Below are positions 36,424 through 49,269 of a DNA stretch of 64,000 nucleotides, piece after piece. The position numbers and the translations under genes are program-made. A model generated the notes under the pieces. It was not told the DNA's origin. It searched no databases and was given only the letters and a program-made list of their open reading frames with translations. Position 1 is the stretch's first letter. Every line of letters starts with the position of its first letter. This DNA comes from Octopus sinensis (taxonomy: Eukaryota), in NCBI RefSeq assembly GCF_006345805.1, contig NC_043011.1, forward strand, positions 21,402,464-21,466,463, written 5' to 3'.

Positions 36424-37414
36424 AGTGTATTTGTCTGTAAGTGTCTATATATATATGCATATGTATAAGTATCTATATCAGTATATATATATATATATAA
36501 ATATTTTTAAATACATATATATCTATATACATACACGCATATATCGCGTGTGTGTGTGTATGTATGTAAGTAGGTAGGTAGGTAGATAGGTAGGTAGGTA
36601 GGTAGATGTGCGCCATACAGGCTGGTAATTATGAGCGTTGAAATTATAAGTTTTAATACAAAAATCTTAAATTTGAATGGAAGCCAACGGGCATATCTAT
36701 CGATTGAAAAATACAGTATAAGTCACAACAATTAGAGGGAAAAAATAAAATAAGTTACTAAAAATATGAGTAGAAAAGTTAAGCTAGTGTTCTCCTCAGA
36801 CCGACTCCCTAGTCGTAATGTTATTGTTCTGAGACTCCAGCTTCTCAATAGCTTCTCAAATGCTGCCAGTTTAGAATAAAAGTATGCTGTACCGCTCATT
36901 GTAATTCTCAGTCGTTTTAGACAATTCTGTTTCCAGCTAACAATACAATTTCAATTTTTTTCCAGCATTTATTTTCATGTTGCTATCATCCGCAACGCCA
37001 GATGATACCATCATTGATGCTGTTGTTGTTGTTCTTCTTCTAGTTTCTCCAGCTGTTCTTGCTGTTGGTGGTGGTGGTGGTGGTGGTGGTGGTGGTGATA
37101 ACTGGTTAGTTAACTAAACTGACTAGTTAAACATTATCATTTCGATCATCTCTTTTATAACCGGTTTACGTTTTCAAAAAAAAAAAAAAAGACTATTTGG
37201 TTGACTGTTCTTCAAAACGCAGTTGTTTCCGGTTGCATTAAATCGGCCATATTGATAAAATGTAAAAGATCAAACTTTTCTCTTTGTTGTGTATATCGAT
37301 TCCATGTTTGAAATACATTTTCTAAACCATTTCCATAGATTTTCTCTGTTTCCGTAAATTATGGGTTTTTCTTTAATACTCCATGTATGAATCGAATTTT
37401 TAGAATCATTTATT

Positions 37415-37860
37415 TCACTTTTAGGCTTTTAAAATCGTTATTTTGTTATTAATATTAATAATTAGTATTTAAAAAAATTATTTTTCCTTCCTTCCTTCAT
37501 TTTTAAATAAATATTTTCGTTTCATCGAAACTCGACAAACCTGACATTGCCTGGGAAAAAAAGGCTTATATTAGCGGCTAGTTTGTTTTATGAAATTGTG
37601 TATCATTAAAAAATTAATCATCATGCATGAATCAACGTTTTTTTTTATTAATTATTTACTTTGCTTTTAGGCTTTCAGAAATCGTTATTGTATGTGTTCT
37701 TTTTTTATAATTAACAACAAAATATAAATTTATCGCTTTTTTTAATAAATATTTTCGTTCAATGAAAAAGCTAGGATACCCGGTGTTGTTCGGGAATATC
37801 AGATTCAGTTAGTGGCTAAGTTTTTTGTTATGATATACAAGTGATATTAAAATTTTACGT
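37415..37860 (-). repeat. Two diverged ~240-bp tandem units, each with a Helitron-3'-end-like motif
   Basis: TTAGGCTTT..AAATCGTTATT and AAATATTTTCGTT recur at ~240-bp spacing; CTAGGATACCCGGTGTTGTTCGGG at 37771-37794 resembles the reverse complement of 58863-58889. Confidence 0.5.
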
Positions 37861-37970
37861 TGCATTTCAATAAACAACTACAAAAGGGAAGTAACACACA
37901 TACATATACACCATACATGTATATCATGCATACATAGAACATGGTGATGCACATATAGACAAACGCGCAT

Positions 37971-38021
<51 letters not shown>

Positions 38022-38057
38022 AATATGTATGAATATGTTTGTTGTTTGTATGTATAC

Positions 38058-38226
38058 GCTCCGTTCTGTGTTCAAATTCCGCCGAGGTCGACTTTGCCTT
38101 TCATCCTTTCGGGGTCGATAAATTAAGTACCAGTTACGCACTGGGGTCGATGTGATCGACTTAATTCCTTTGTCTGTCCTTGTTTTTCCCCTCTATGTTT
38201 AGCCCATTGTGGGCAATAAAGAAATA
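38058..38226 (+). mobile_element. SINE family A, 3' two-thirds
   Basis: Matches 61065-61233. Confidence 0.92.
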
Positions 38227-39048
38227 ACAATGTGTGTGTATGTGTGAGAGAGAAAGAGAGAGAGAGGTAGTAAGAGAGCGCGTAAGTGAATGAGTGAGAG
38301 AGAGATAGAATTGGCGGGGTGGGGTTTTAAGCTTTTTAGATCCTTATTTTATTACTACTATTAATTATTAATAACCAAAATATTATCGTTTATTTTCCTT
38401 AAATATTTTCGTTTTATCAAAAAATTCTAAAATATCAAAAGGGAAACATAATGCACATCAACAATTTTATTTTTATTTATTATTTTTTTTTTTCGTTTTA
38501 AAAATTCTACCAGGGTTTTTTTCTTAAAGCCATAACCATTTGATAATACCAGCTAGAAGTTTTATTTTCCATTTGCCGTTTATTCATTTATTCCAACTGT
38601 TTAACAGTAGTAGGACATCTGGGAATTTGTAAAAATATTTTCATTACTCCAATATGTTTAAAAGCGTGTTTTTAATAGCTTGTGTAATAATCGATATTTG
38701 CTATATTGATCATAAAGAGTGATGGATTGGTTGTGTCGTTAGATCGTCGGATAAAATGCACTGCAGAATGTACTCCGGGTCTTTTGATACTGTATTCAAG
38801 CGCCGCCGATGCAAACTCTACTTTCGTCCTTCCAAAATAGATAAAATAAACAAAACGATTTAGTAGATATAATCAACCCCTAAAAAGTTTCTGACTTTGT
38901 GTTTATGTAAGAACCGTTGTATTGATGATAAAGGGCAATGGGTGGTACAATCGGCAGAGCTTCTTGTGGATGGTTTGTAGAATGGCTTTACATTCCTAAT
39001 TCAAAGTCTGCCGGAGAATTTTGCTTTAATTAGTCAGTACTTTATTTA

Positions 39049-39570
39049 CCGTAAATCCTCGAGTATAACACGCATTTTCCCCCAAAATTTAAAGGTCAAA
39101 ATCCCTAGTGCGTACTATAGACGAGGTTAAAAAATGAAAAATATTTTCTAAGCAATGTCCGAGTCTCTATTTGCTGTCCGGCAATGTTTATTCAGACGCA
39201 TTTCGTAATGTCGGGCGCGAAAATACCTTAAGCTAAGCCTGAAAGCAATGAAGTCATAAAAGAATCATCCATAACTTGCAGTAAGCAACATTTATTAAAA
39301 TAAAAGTATTCAGAGCACAGAATAACATGTAACAAAAACAATTTGTAAACATATCTACATTCCCATATAACAGTTAAGAACATCACCATTATTGTATCAC
39401 GCATGCACGGAAGTGTTTATTCGACTAGATACTGCTGGCTGAATTGCGCACGACTCAAGTTAGAGAAGGGGTGCGTATTATACACAAGGTTTAGGTTTTT
39501 CAGAGGTACAGCCCCCTAAACATCCCCTGCGTGTTATACCCAAGGGCAGACTATATTCGAGGATTTACGG
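39049..39570. mobile_element. Tc1/pogo-superfamily MITE with TA TSD
   Basis: TA-CCGTAAATCCTCGAGTATAA ... CTATATTCGAGGATTTACGG-TA; subterminal GTGCGTA.TATA repeats. Confidence 0.85.
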
Positions 39571-40187
39571 TACGTTACTAAAACTGTTATGATCTTTCTT
39601 TCTTGGCTCGACTGCGGTCCGCGAAGCATCTCATATTCCTGTCTCTTGACTTTCATCTCTTATGTTCATATCCTATTTCCTGCATCGAAGCTTTCACTCT
39701 ACACACGCCAGCTCAACTTGATTTGTCTTTATTAGTCGAAAGACACCTGTTGTTATTTTCTTGCTGTTTGTATTTGTAATTGTGTAACATGTTCTCCGTT
39801 TTTTGTCTTTGTTGACGTACATATTTGCTTGCTTTCTCCCCAAAAATGTAATGCTCTAAGCTTAGATCTTTGGGGACAGCCAGATTTGAACAGTCTCAAG
39901 TGTAACTGCCCGAAACTGTAAGAATAATTAGATAATTTGACTGATGAGAGGAGGCTGCAAATGACCCGCCCTTGTTTCTTCCTCTCTGTCTTTTTTTTTT
40001 GTTTTTCCTGTTCGTCTTCGCATCGTCTATTTGTCTGGATGTTTTATCGTCGTCTGTTGCGTTCTTGTTCCACTTTTGAGGGGATTTGTATGTACATATA
40101 GCAATGTACGTACACTTTTGTTCACCTTGTAAGTAAGTATATATATATATAGTTTTTTTTATTCTCTCTGTTTATTTTCTCTTATTC

Positions 40188-40223
40188 CTTTCTGTTGAAG
40201 AGTGTAGTCTCGAAATGTAAAAG
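40188..40223 (+). ncRNA. Degenerate hammerhead-like motif in a ~165-bp cassette between (TA)n tracts
   Basis: CUUU-CUGUUGA-A-GAG/UGUAGU/CUC-GAAA-U-GUA-AAAG; 4-bp stem I intact, two substitutions (core A6, stem III C). Confidence 0.45.
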
Positions 40224-40578
40224 ACTTTCTCACTTTGCCGAGCGTCAAACTAATACACCTGCTTGTTGTTCATATACCTGTCTTCGTCTTTTGTTTTTCT
40301 ATAATTTCAACTATATATATATATATATAAAGAGAGAGAGAGAGAGAGAGAGAGAGAAGCAAAATAAGCAACAGGATATCGAGTAGTGATGCAGTATGAC
40401 CGTTTCAAGCGACTTCATTTAATTGAACAATGCAATCATTACATCAATTTTAAAGCAGTACCATCTTCGAGCTGTGCGGATAATACCGGACTGACTTCGT
40501 GCTTCAACTTAAGTACCTAATTCAACTGAATTTCAGTTATTTCTTATATGCATATATATATATATATATGTGTGTGTG

Positions 40579-40614
<36 letters not shown>

Positions 40615-40616
<2 letters not shown>

Positions 40617-40923
40617 AGGCGCAATGGCCCAGTGGTTAGGGCAGCGGACTCGCGGTCATAGGATCACGGTTTCGATTCCTAGACTAGGCATTGTGAGTGT
40701 TTATTGAGCGAAAACACCTAAAGCTCCACGAGGCTCCGGCAGGGGATGGTGGCAATCCCTGCTGAACTCTTTCGCCGCAACTTTCTCTCACTCTTTCTTC
40801 TGTTGGCCTGCTCGCTAAGCCAGCGGGGTGGCGTCATTTAAAGGGTAAAACAATGCGAAACGCATTGTGACCAGCGGTGTGTAGCAACATCTGATAGCCT
40901 GGTCGGTCACGGTGATCACGGTG

Positions 40924-40925
<2 letters not shown>
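40615..40925 (+). mobile_element. SINE family C, second tail type
   Basis: GGAGGCGCAATGGCCCAGTGGTTAGGGCAGCGG head; tail ...GCAACATCTGATAGCCTGGTCGGTCACGGTGAT as at 45427-45693. Confidence 0.9.
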
Positions 40926-40954
<29 letters not shown>

Positions 40955-41087
40955 CGACGGGCGTCTTTCAGTTTTAGTCTACCAAATCTACTCACAAGAT
41001 GACACTTGCCCAAGGTGCCCCGCAGTGGGATTGAATCCGGAACCATGTGGTTGGGAAGCAAGCTCTTTGCCACACAGCCATGCATGC
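40955..41087 (-). mobile_element. SINE family B head (internally deleted)
   Basis: ACGACGGGCGTCTTTCAGTTT...CACTTGCCCAAGGTGCC...GAACCATGTGGTTGGGAAGCAAGC. Confidence 0.85.
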
Positions 41088-41338
41088 GCCTATTGTGAGC
41101 GAACATCAATAAATTATTCAACAGATTATGCAACACAAGGACAAGTTAATACAATTTATTGTTGAGTCAGAGACAAGAAAATGTGTTGGTGTACGACTAT
41201 CAGTAAAAAAAAAAGCAAAAAGATTTTCAGAACCAGATACAATGTTATTTAATTAGGCTCTCTCAAAATAGTTGTTTGCTCTCCTTTATTAATGAGAAGA
41301 CGAAGCAGAGTTGGTGTCCATATAATTCTTCTCTCAGT

Positions 41339-41661
41339 GAAGGCGCGTGGTTTAGTGGTTAGAGCAATGGTCTCACATTCATAAAATCGTGAGTTCAATT
41401 CCTGGCGACGCGTTGTGTCCTTCAGCAAGACACTTTATTTCACCTTGCTCCAGTCCAGTCAGTTGACAAAAACGAGTTGGACCTGTATTTCAAAGGGCCA
41501 GCTTTGTCACAGTTTGTATCACGCAGAATCTCCCTGTGAAATCCGTTAATGTACACGTGTCTGTTGAGTGCTCAGCCACTTGCACGTTAATTTCATGAGC
41601 AGGCTGTTCCGTTGATCGGATCAACTGGAACACTCATCGTCGTAAGCAACGGAGTGCCAGT
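41339..41661 (+). mobile_element. SINE with a different tRNA-like head and the family C tail
   Basis: GAAGGCGCGTGGTTTAGTGGTTAGAG...GAGTTCAATTCC head; tail CACTTGCACGTTAATTTCA...CGGAGTGCCA. Confidence 0.8.
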
Positions 41662-42104
41662 GAGTGAATGCTTCTTTCTACAGACCACTGACTGCACAGG
41701 ATTATTACTATTAAAAAAAATCTTAAATTTATCAAACATGGCAATCCTCCCAGTTCCACCTAAGTCAACTCCAAATATTCTATTTTTTCTGTGTTTAAAA
41801 CTGACCAAATCCGATCTCACACACTTACCCAATAATATCATAATATCATTTTAAAAATAAACAGTCACGTCATCAAAGTCTTGTGGCTTTGAAACAATGC
41901 AGAATTAATTCAAACAATGTGAATAAATAAGCATTACACTTGACAGAGTAATCTGAATGATAAAGGATTAAACAATGTGATTTTATTTGTTTGTTTGTTT
42001 GTTTGTTTATTTATTTATTTATATATTTATTTATTTATTTTAACTGAAGTATTTACATCGGCATATTTGATAATACATTACTAGCTAGGACCGCAAAGTA
42101 CCCG

Positions 42105-42184
<80 letters not shown>

Positions 42185-42186
<2 letters not shown>

Positions 42187-42408
42187 TATTCTTTCTTACT
42201 ATATGCACAAGGTCTGAAATATGGACGGAGAGTGGGGATAGTCGATTACATCGGTGCCAGTGCTCGATTGATACTTATTTCATCGACCCCCGAAAGGATG
42301 AAAGGCAAAGTCGACCACAGCGGAATTTTAACTCAGAACATAGCGACAGACGAAATACCGCTTAGCATTTCGTCCAGCGTGCTAACGTTTCTGCCAGCTC
42401 GCCACCTT
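42185..42408 (-). mobile_element. SINE family A with (TAA)n tail
   Basis: CCGAAAGGATGAAAGGCAAAGTCGACC...TTCTGCCAGCTCGCCACC. Confidence 0.88.
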
Positions 42409-42429
42409 AATAACAACAACAACAACAAC

Positions 42430-42468
<39 letters not shown>

Positions 42469-42933
42469 TAATAATATAATACGAACCGTGATAAACTGAG
42501 ATCGCACTGTATATTGATTCCTGTTGTTATTTAGCCAGATAGATCCTGATCTGGGAAAGCTGGCCTATTCAAAGGCTTTCCAGCCATAACTATCCGTCTT
42601 TGTTGGGCAAGGTTATTTATGGAAGACCAATAGTCGCTCATGCATGCCAGCCTTCCCTCTTGTCCGTCGCTACGTTCTGAGTTAAAATTCAGCTGAGGTC
42701 GATTTTGCCTTTCATCCTCTTGCTGTCTTTTCGTGTAGTGCAAATACTGTAGAAACGGTAGATTTGTGGAGCTAATGTTGTTGTTGCTATTGGTTTATAA
42801 AAGAGTGCAAAGAAGAGAAGTATATTAGATTTGATGTCCTTGTTGTTGGTGGTTTTACTGCTGGTTATCACCTCTCTCTCTTCCCCTTTCTCCCTTTCTC
42901 GCTCTCTCTATCTACCTATCTGCCTACCTATTA

Positions 42934-43010
<77 letters not shown>

Positions 43011-44394
43011 ACACACCACACACACACACACGCACGCACACTTTCTTTCTCTGCAAATATCTTCCCAGCTCCTCGGATAGAAAGCTCTTTTATAAAAATG
43101 TATTGCCACGTGTGTAGCATCCGATACCTCTGTCTGGAATTAATTCTGTTAGCGAACCTTCTATATGGGGAACTATTCTTGATCCATTCCACGATCTTCA
43201 GATATCACCAGGACTTGTATTACTCTCCTTCATCAATCTTCCAAAACCTGTGGATCTGTACATGGCCTCTGAAAGATATTTTATCAGAGTATACAAAGTT
43301 TCTTTCTGGGCCTGCTCTCTACCCAAAATCAAAATGCCAATTTTTAATACATACAAAAACTTTCTGTAACACTAGGAAATTCCAGAATGCAGTTACAGTG
43401 TATCTCTTGCACCTCTTTCCTATAGGTTGTGCTACTGTCTATGATCTATACTCTACTCCGAAACTTGTGTCGTTGTGCCTGTTAAACTTCTTTATTATAA
43501 CCATTGTCTTCATTATAATCATAGTGCTCTACTGAACACTTCAAGCACCTGGTTTACCGTCACACAATGGTATTATTTTTAACAACCATCAGCGAGCGAA
43601 GTGCTCCTCACGAACGCAGATTCGTGAGATGGATGTGATCTGTAAACAGTTTTGAGTAGGAACCGGAAAAAGAAGTGTGAACACGCAATACACAGACGCA
43701 TCCTGAATTTGTAAAATGGAAGAGACGAATAAAAAGCAATGCGTATGTCAAAATAAAGAGAAGAATAAAAACGCAATTTCAAACAAGTTATGTGATGGTC
43801 TGCATGTCACGTGTGACGCCACTATGACGCAGCTTTGCTGCAATTTTCTTGGTGGGTTTATTTAAATCTCTCTGGAAGAAGCTGCTTTACTATAATGGTA
43901 GTCCGGATGGCATTTCTAACTCAGAACACACTGAGTTGAAATAGATCGTTCCTGCACCCCAATCCAGTCCACTACTATCCAAAGAATGACATATTACTTA
44001 TTGACTCTGAAAAATGAAATGGTAAAGTTAACTTCTGTGGGATTTGAACTCAGTGCACCAATAGCCGAAACAAATACCCAAAAAACATTTTATCCAATGT
44101 TCTAGTGACGCTCTCTCTCTCTCTCCCTCCCTCTCCTCTCTCTCTCTCCCTCCCCCTCTCTCTCTCTCTCTCCCTCTCTCTCTCTCTCTTAACCTTCTTG
44201 ATAATTGCTTTTAATTTAAGTTGAACCAGTATTTGACTGGTACTTTATTTTAGTGACACTCGAAAAGAGAAAAGGTGAATTCGACATCGATTGAATTTGA
44301 ACTCAGATCATAAAGAGCCAGGACATATATGCAAAGCATTTTCACCGACACCCACAATTCTCCCAATTCACCGCCCTATCGACGCATTAATAAT

Positions 44395-44714
44395 CTTTTT
44401 CTACTATAGGCACAAAGCCTGAAATTTTCAGGGAGGGCACTAGTAGATTGTGCATTACCCTAATGCACAACTGGTACTTATTTCATCGACCCCGAAAAGA
44501 TGAAAGACATAGTCGACCGACTTCGGTAGAATTTGAACCTGCAATAATAACCCTTTCTGGGTCTGAAATCTTGGGAGAGGGGCTAGTCGATTATATCGAT
44601 CTCAGTACGTAACTGGTACTTATTTCGCCGATCCCGAAAGGATGAAAGGCAAAATCGACCTCGGCGGAATTTGAGCTCAGAACGCAAACACGGACGAAAT
44701 GCCGCAAAGTATTT
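44395..44714 (-). mobile_element. Tandem SINE family A fragments running into the gap
   Basis: CTGGTACTTATTT...CCCGAAA.GATGAAAG occurs twice. Confidence 0.8.
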
Positions 44715-44814
44715 NNNNNNNNNNNNNNNNNNNNNNNNNNNNNNNNNNNNNNNNNNNNNNNNNNNNNNNNNNNNNNNNNNNNNNNNNNNNNNNNNNNNNN
44801 NNNNNNNNNNNNNN
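44715..44814. other. Assembly gap (100 N)
   Basis: Direct reading. Confidence 1.
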
Positions 44815-45426
44815 TGCCGTTTATAAGATATATATATATATATATAATATATGTAGTGTGTGGGACCCCACTTGTAGAAAATAGAAATAAACAGTTTTGA
44901 CTGCTATTTCTAATTTTTCGGTATGAGGCCAAGCAACCTGTTGCCTGTCCCTTTTTCTTATATACAGTATATATACTGAACTTTACAGAAGTTCCTACCG
45001 ATAATCGGCTATAACCGAATTCTACCAGCAAATAATTGTGGTCTTTTTTAAAAACCATTATAGAAATTATTTACTCTTATTATTATTATTATTATTATTA
45101 TTATCATTATTATTATATATATATATATATATAATATATATAATATAATATAATATAATATAATATATACGATTTCATTTAATTAAATTTGATTGATTTT
45201 ATACCATAAGCAATGAATTGAAACAATTGTAAGACTTGTCAATGTATTAATAAATTTTTATTAATCTTATCGCCATCTCATATGTGTGTGTGCCTATATT
45301 ATAAGATATTCAACCAGATATTTATATCCCTCTGAGGTTTATACATCCTCACTTGTATATATATATATATATATTGTGTGTGTGTGTGTGTGGTGTGTGT
45401 GTGTGTGCGTGTGTGTGTGTGTGTGT

Positions 45427-45693
45427 GGAGGCACAATGGCCCAGCGGTTAGGGCAGCGGACTCGCGGTCGTAGGATCGCGGTTTCGATTCCCAGACCGGG
45501 CGTTGTGAGTGTTTATTGAGCGAAAACACGTAAAACTCCACGTGGCTCCAGTAGGGGTGTGTGGCGATCCCTGCTGTACTCTTTCGCCACAACTTTCTCC
45601 CACTCTTTCTTCTGTTGGCCTGCATTTGAAGGCTAAAACAATGCGAAGTGCATTGTGACCAGCGATGTGTAGCAACATCTGATAGCCTGGTCG
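45427..45693 (+). mobile_element. SINE family C, second tail type
   Basis: Collinear with 40615-40925. Confidence 0.9.
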
Positions 45694-45917
45694 AAAAAAA
45701 AAATATATATATATATATATATAATGGAAGTAAGGACCAAAATCCTTCATAGGGTGTTAAACATCCAAGTTCGCCGGTTCAATCCAAGCAAAAAAATATA
45801 TAAAAAGAAAGACTATGCATTCAATATTTATATAATCAATAAATAAAATATAAGGAAAGGAAATAAATATAAGCGTAGACGGTCCTTTAATGCAAAGTTG
45901 GTATAAATTCAATTAAG

Positions 45918-46017
45918 ATTCTACAAGTTGTTTCCAAGTCTAATTAATTGAAAACGAAACGAAAAAATAAGAAAAATAATTTTTTTGAAATCACAAATTA
46001 GGCTTTTCTTCGGGAAT
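45918..46017 (-). ncRNA. Candidate hammerhead with a long stem II (U4C variant)
   Basis: AUUC-CCGAAGA-AAAGCCUAAUU...AAUUAGACUUG-GAAAC-AACUU-GUA-GAAU. Confidence 0.55.
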
Positions 46018-46369
46018 TCATTCTTAGAATGAATGGGTACAACCAACAAAAATATAAAGACCTTTTCAATAGCCCAGAAAGGAGCAAGCAATTAAATTCT
46101 TAGTAGTTAATAGAGTATCTGTAGATTGGGTGTCTATATCCTTTATGTATAGTATAGACGGTAATGGCAAATGTCGTCAACAAATATTTATATATTGTGA
46201 AATGTCATTTGAATTAACGCTGAAATGGATTTATATAGGTTTTCTGGTTTTAATCGGTTTGGCGTTCGAGTAACTTCTTTCTATCATAATTTACATGTTT
46301 GTTCCTTTTCTGGGATATCGTAAAGGTCTTTATATTTTTGTTGGTTGAACCCATTCATTCCAATAATGA

Positions 46370-46458
46370 ATTCCTAAAGAAAAACCTAATTTGTGATTTC
46401 AAAAGGATTATTTTATTTATTTTTTTAATAAATTAGGCTTGAAAACAACTTGTAGAAT
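46370..46458 (+). ncRNA. Candidate hammerhead with a 60-nt stem II (G5A variant)
   Basis: AUUC-CUAAAGA-AAAACCUAAUUU...AAAUUAGGCUU-GAAAAC-AACUU-GUA-GAAU. Confidence 0.5.
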
Positions 46459-46640
46459 CTTTATTGGATTTGTATCAAAGGATCGTGTACGCTTATATTT
46501 TTTTCCTTTCCTTATATGATATATATATATGCGTGTAAGTAGGTATACTTATATGCATAAATATCTGTATATATCTATTAAATATTGTATATATGTATTA
46601 AAGGATCGTGTACGCGTATATTTTTTCCTTTCCTTATATG

Positions 46641-47454
46641 ATATATATATAAAACTCAACTTGTGTGTCTGTCTGTGTATCTGTGTGTGTGTCTGTGTGT
46701 TTAACTTCCCGGCACATCGCCTCCTAGCCAACAAATCGTAGAACCACCAAAAATGGGTCACTTAAAGTTTAGGCGAATGAAAATTGAACTGCGCTATTTC
46801 TGTTCCGAAATTCATCTCGCAAGTACAAAAATCGATAATGTATTTGTTTAGGCCTTATCCCATGCACTGAATAGTGAACTTTACACAGTCAGCTGTTTGA
46901 TGTGAACTGTGTTCACCACGCCTGCAAGCATGCGTAAATTGCATGAAAAATAATAAAAATTCAAGATATAAAAACGAATCGCCGTAAACATTGTAGAAAT
47001 TCGGCAAAGAAATGAATTTTCGGGATGTAGCCAGGAGGGTTTTTTTCGTATTAATCGTTTGGACTTTGTGAACACATACCAATTGTTTTCAATGTGACCA
47101 TATTGCGTTGAGTCTGCAGTTTGAATCACTTTAACCAAATTTTAGCAGGCCGGATTTTTGATCATCACGATACAGCGCCAGCGACTCTCTGAAACTCTCC
47201 CCCGAAATCCCCGTTGAGAAATACTGATCTAAAAGAATAATTCAACTATGCAATTATTTGATCAACAAAAAATTATGAAACGCTTCTACGTACTTCCCAT
47301 TGAGGAAATGGAACACATAAGCGCAAAAATAGAGGGCATTAAATGTTTGATTTTAAAACCAAAATAATTGAATTTTGATTGAACTTCATCCAAGTTTAGC
47401 TTAATTCGCGCGTGCATAGAACGCACGAGCGCACGAGCCGGGCAATACAGCTAG
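46641..47454 (+). mobile_element. Non-autonomous Helitron-like element
   Basis: 5' (AT)n-AAAACTCAA followed by TGTC/GT microsatellite; 3' hairpin CGTGC...GCACG, then CCGGGCAATACAG-CTAG followed by T. Confidence 0.65.
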
Positions 47455-47509
47455 TATATATATATACATGTATATGTATATATATGTGTGTATATATATA
47501 TATATTAGT

Positions 47510-47561
<52 letters not shown>

Positions 47562-47799
47562 CTATATATATATTATATATATATATGCGTGTAGGTAGGT
47601 ATCCTTGTATGCATAAATATTTGTATATATGTATGTATTTATACACATACAAAGATCCATATACTCGCGATTGCAGCAGTTTTAGATTTGCTATTAATAA
47701 CGCATGAATTGGCGTGGGTGTATATATATATTATATATATATATACACTCACACACAAACATATATGTATATATACATACATACATATATTATATATAG

Positions 47800-47863
<64 letters not shown>

Positions 47864-48247
47864 ATATATAATATATATATATATATATATAAGTAGCCTT
47901 CTTTTTAAAAAAATTCCATCGGAGCTTGGGAAGGAGCACTTACATTTACGATGCTTAGTGTTAAGCCGATAAGCCGAAAGTAGATCGAGCAGGTCTTAAG
48001 TTTCAGCACTTAATTTGACGTATTTCACAGGAAACGCACGTTGCTCTGCATATTTACACTGAAAAGAAAACACTTAAAGAGGAAATGTCACCGCATGGAA
48101 ATTTAATCGGTGCTCAATATCTGAAAATAATTCATTATTTCACTTGGAGATCGACTGGATAGGTTAGCAGACGATTAGGCTGAAATAAAATGGGAAATAC
48201 TAAAGAGGTGATTTTCGATCTCGGTTTTCCTTTCTCTCTTTCTCTCC

Positions 48248-48280
<33 letters not shown>

Positions 48281-48439
48281 AGCCACACCCTCACACACAT
48301 ACGCACGTGCACGCGTGCAAACATACACACACGCTGAATACAAACACTTTATTTTTCTCTTTAAAAATTCCTACGCCCACATCAAATATTGTCTGTTATT
48401 AAAGCTTAATTCAAAAACTGCTGCAATCATGAGTTTTTA

Positions 48440-48476
<37 letters not shown>

Positions 48477-48539
48477 TTATATATATATATTATATATATA
48501 TATATATATATAATATATATATATATACATACACATATG

Positions 48540-49216
48540 CATATACGTACATGCATACATACATACATACATACATACATACATACATACATACATACAT
48601 ACATACATACATACGTACGTACGTACATACATATGTACATACATACATACGTGCATGCATACATACATGCATGTATGTATGTATGCATGCATGTATGTAT
48701 GTATGTATGTATGTATATATGTACATATGTACGTAGGTACGTCTGTGTGTATGTATGTATGTATGTATGTATGTAATGCATGTACGTATGTATGTGAATA
48801 TATGTTTGGATATATATTTGAACATACGTATATTTATGCATACATACATGCATGCATGCATACATACATACATACGTACGTACATACATACATACATACA
48901 TACATACATACATACATACATACATACATACATACGTACGTACATACATACATACATACATACATACATACATACATACATACATACATACGTACGTACG
49001 TACATACATACATACATACATACATACATACACACATACATGCATACATACATACATACATACATACATACATACATACATACATACATACATACATACA
49101 TGCATACATATACATACATATATATATACATACATACATACATACATACATACATACATACATACATACATACATACATACATACATACATACATACATA
49201 CATACATACATACATA
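48540..49216. repeat. (TACA)n/(TATG)n microsatellite complex with an internal orientation switch
   Basis: TACA to ~48670, TATG to ~48800, then TACA. Confidence 0.95.
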
Positions 49217-49269
49217 CGTCGCATCATATCCCTTCGGCTTAACATCAATCCCAAATGCCTTTGAATGTC

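Larger units (their letters stand above)
45848..46517. mobile_element. Fold-back cassette (~250-bp arms, ~190-bp spacer) with two divergent hammerhead motifs
   Basis: 45848-~46097 versus ~46288-46517 reverse complement, e.g. GAAATCACAAATTAGG and CAACCAACAAAAATATAAAGACC. Confidence 0.88.

Noticed and set aside
39895-39975. GAAAC-U-GUA and a downstream CUGAUGA as hammerheads
   Set aside because: The motifs are in the wrong order or lack a partner; no stem I.
40615-40690. tRNA-like sequences as tRNA genes
   Set aside because: They continue into repeated SINE bodies, and I could not fold a complete cloverleaf.
42831-43535. 234-aa ORF and the opposite-strand reading
   Set aside because: Starts in microsatellites; only a faint RT-like resemblance on the minus strand, too weak to call.
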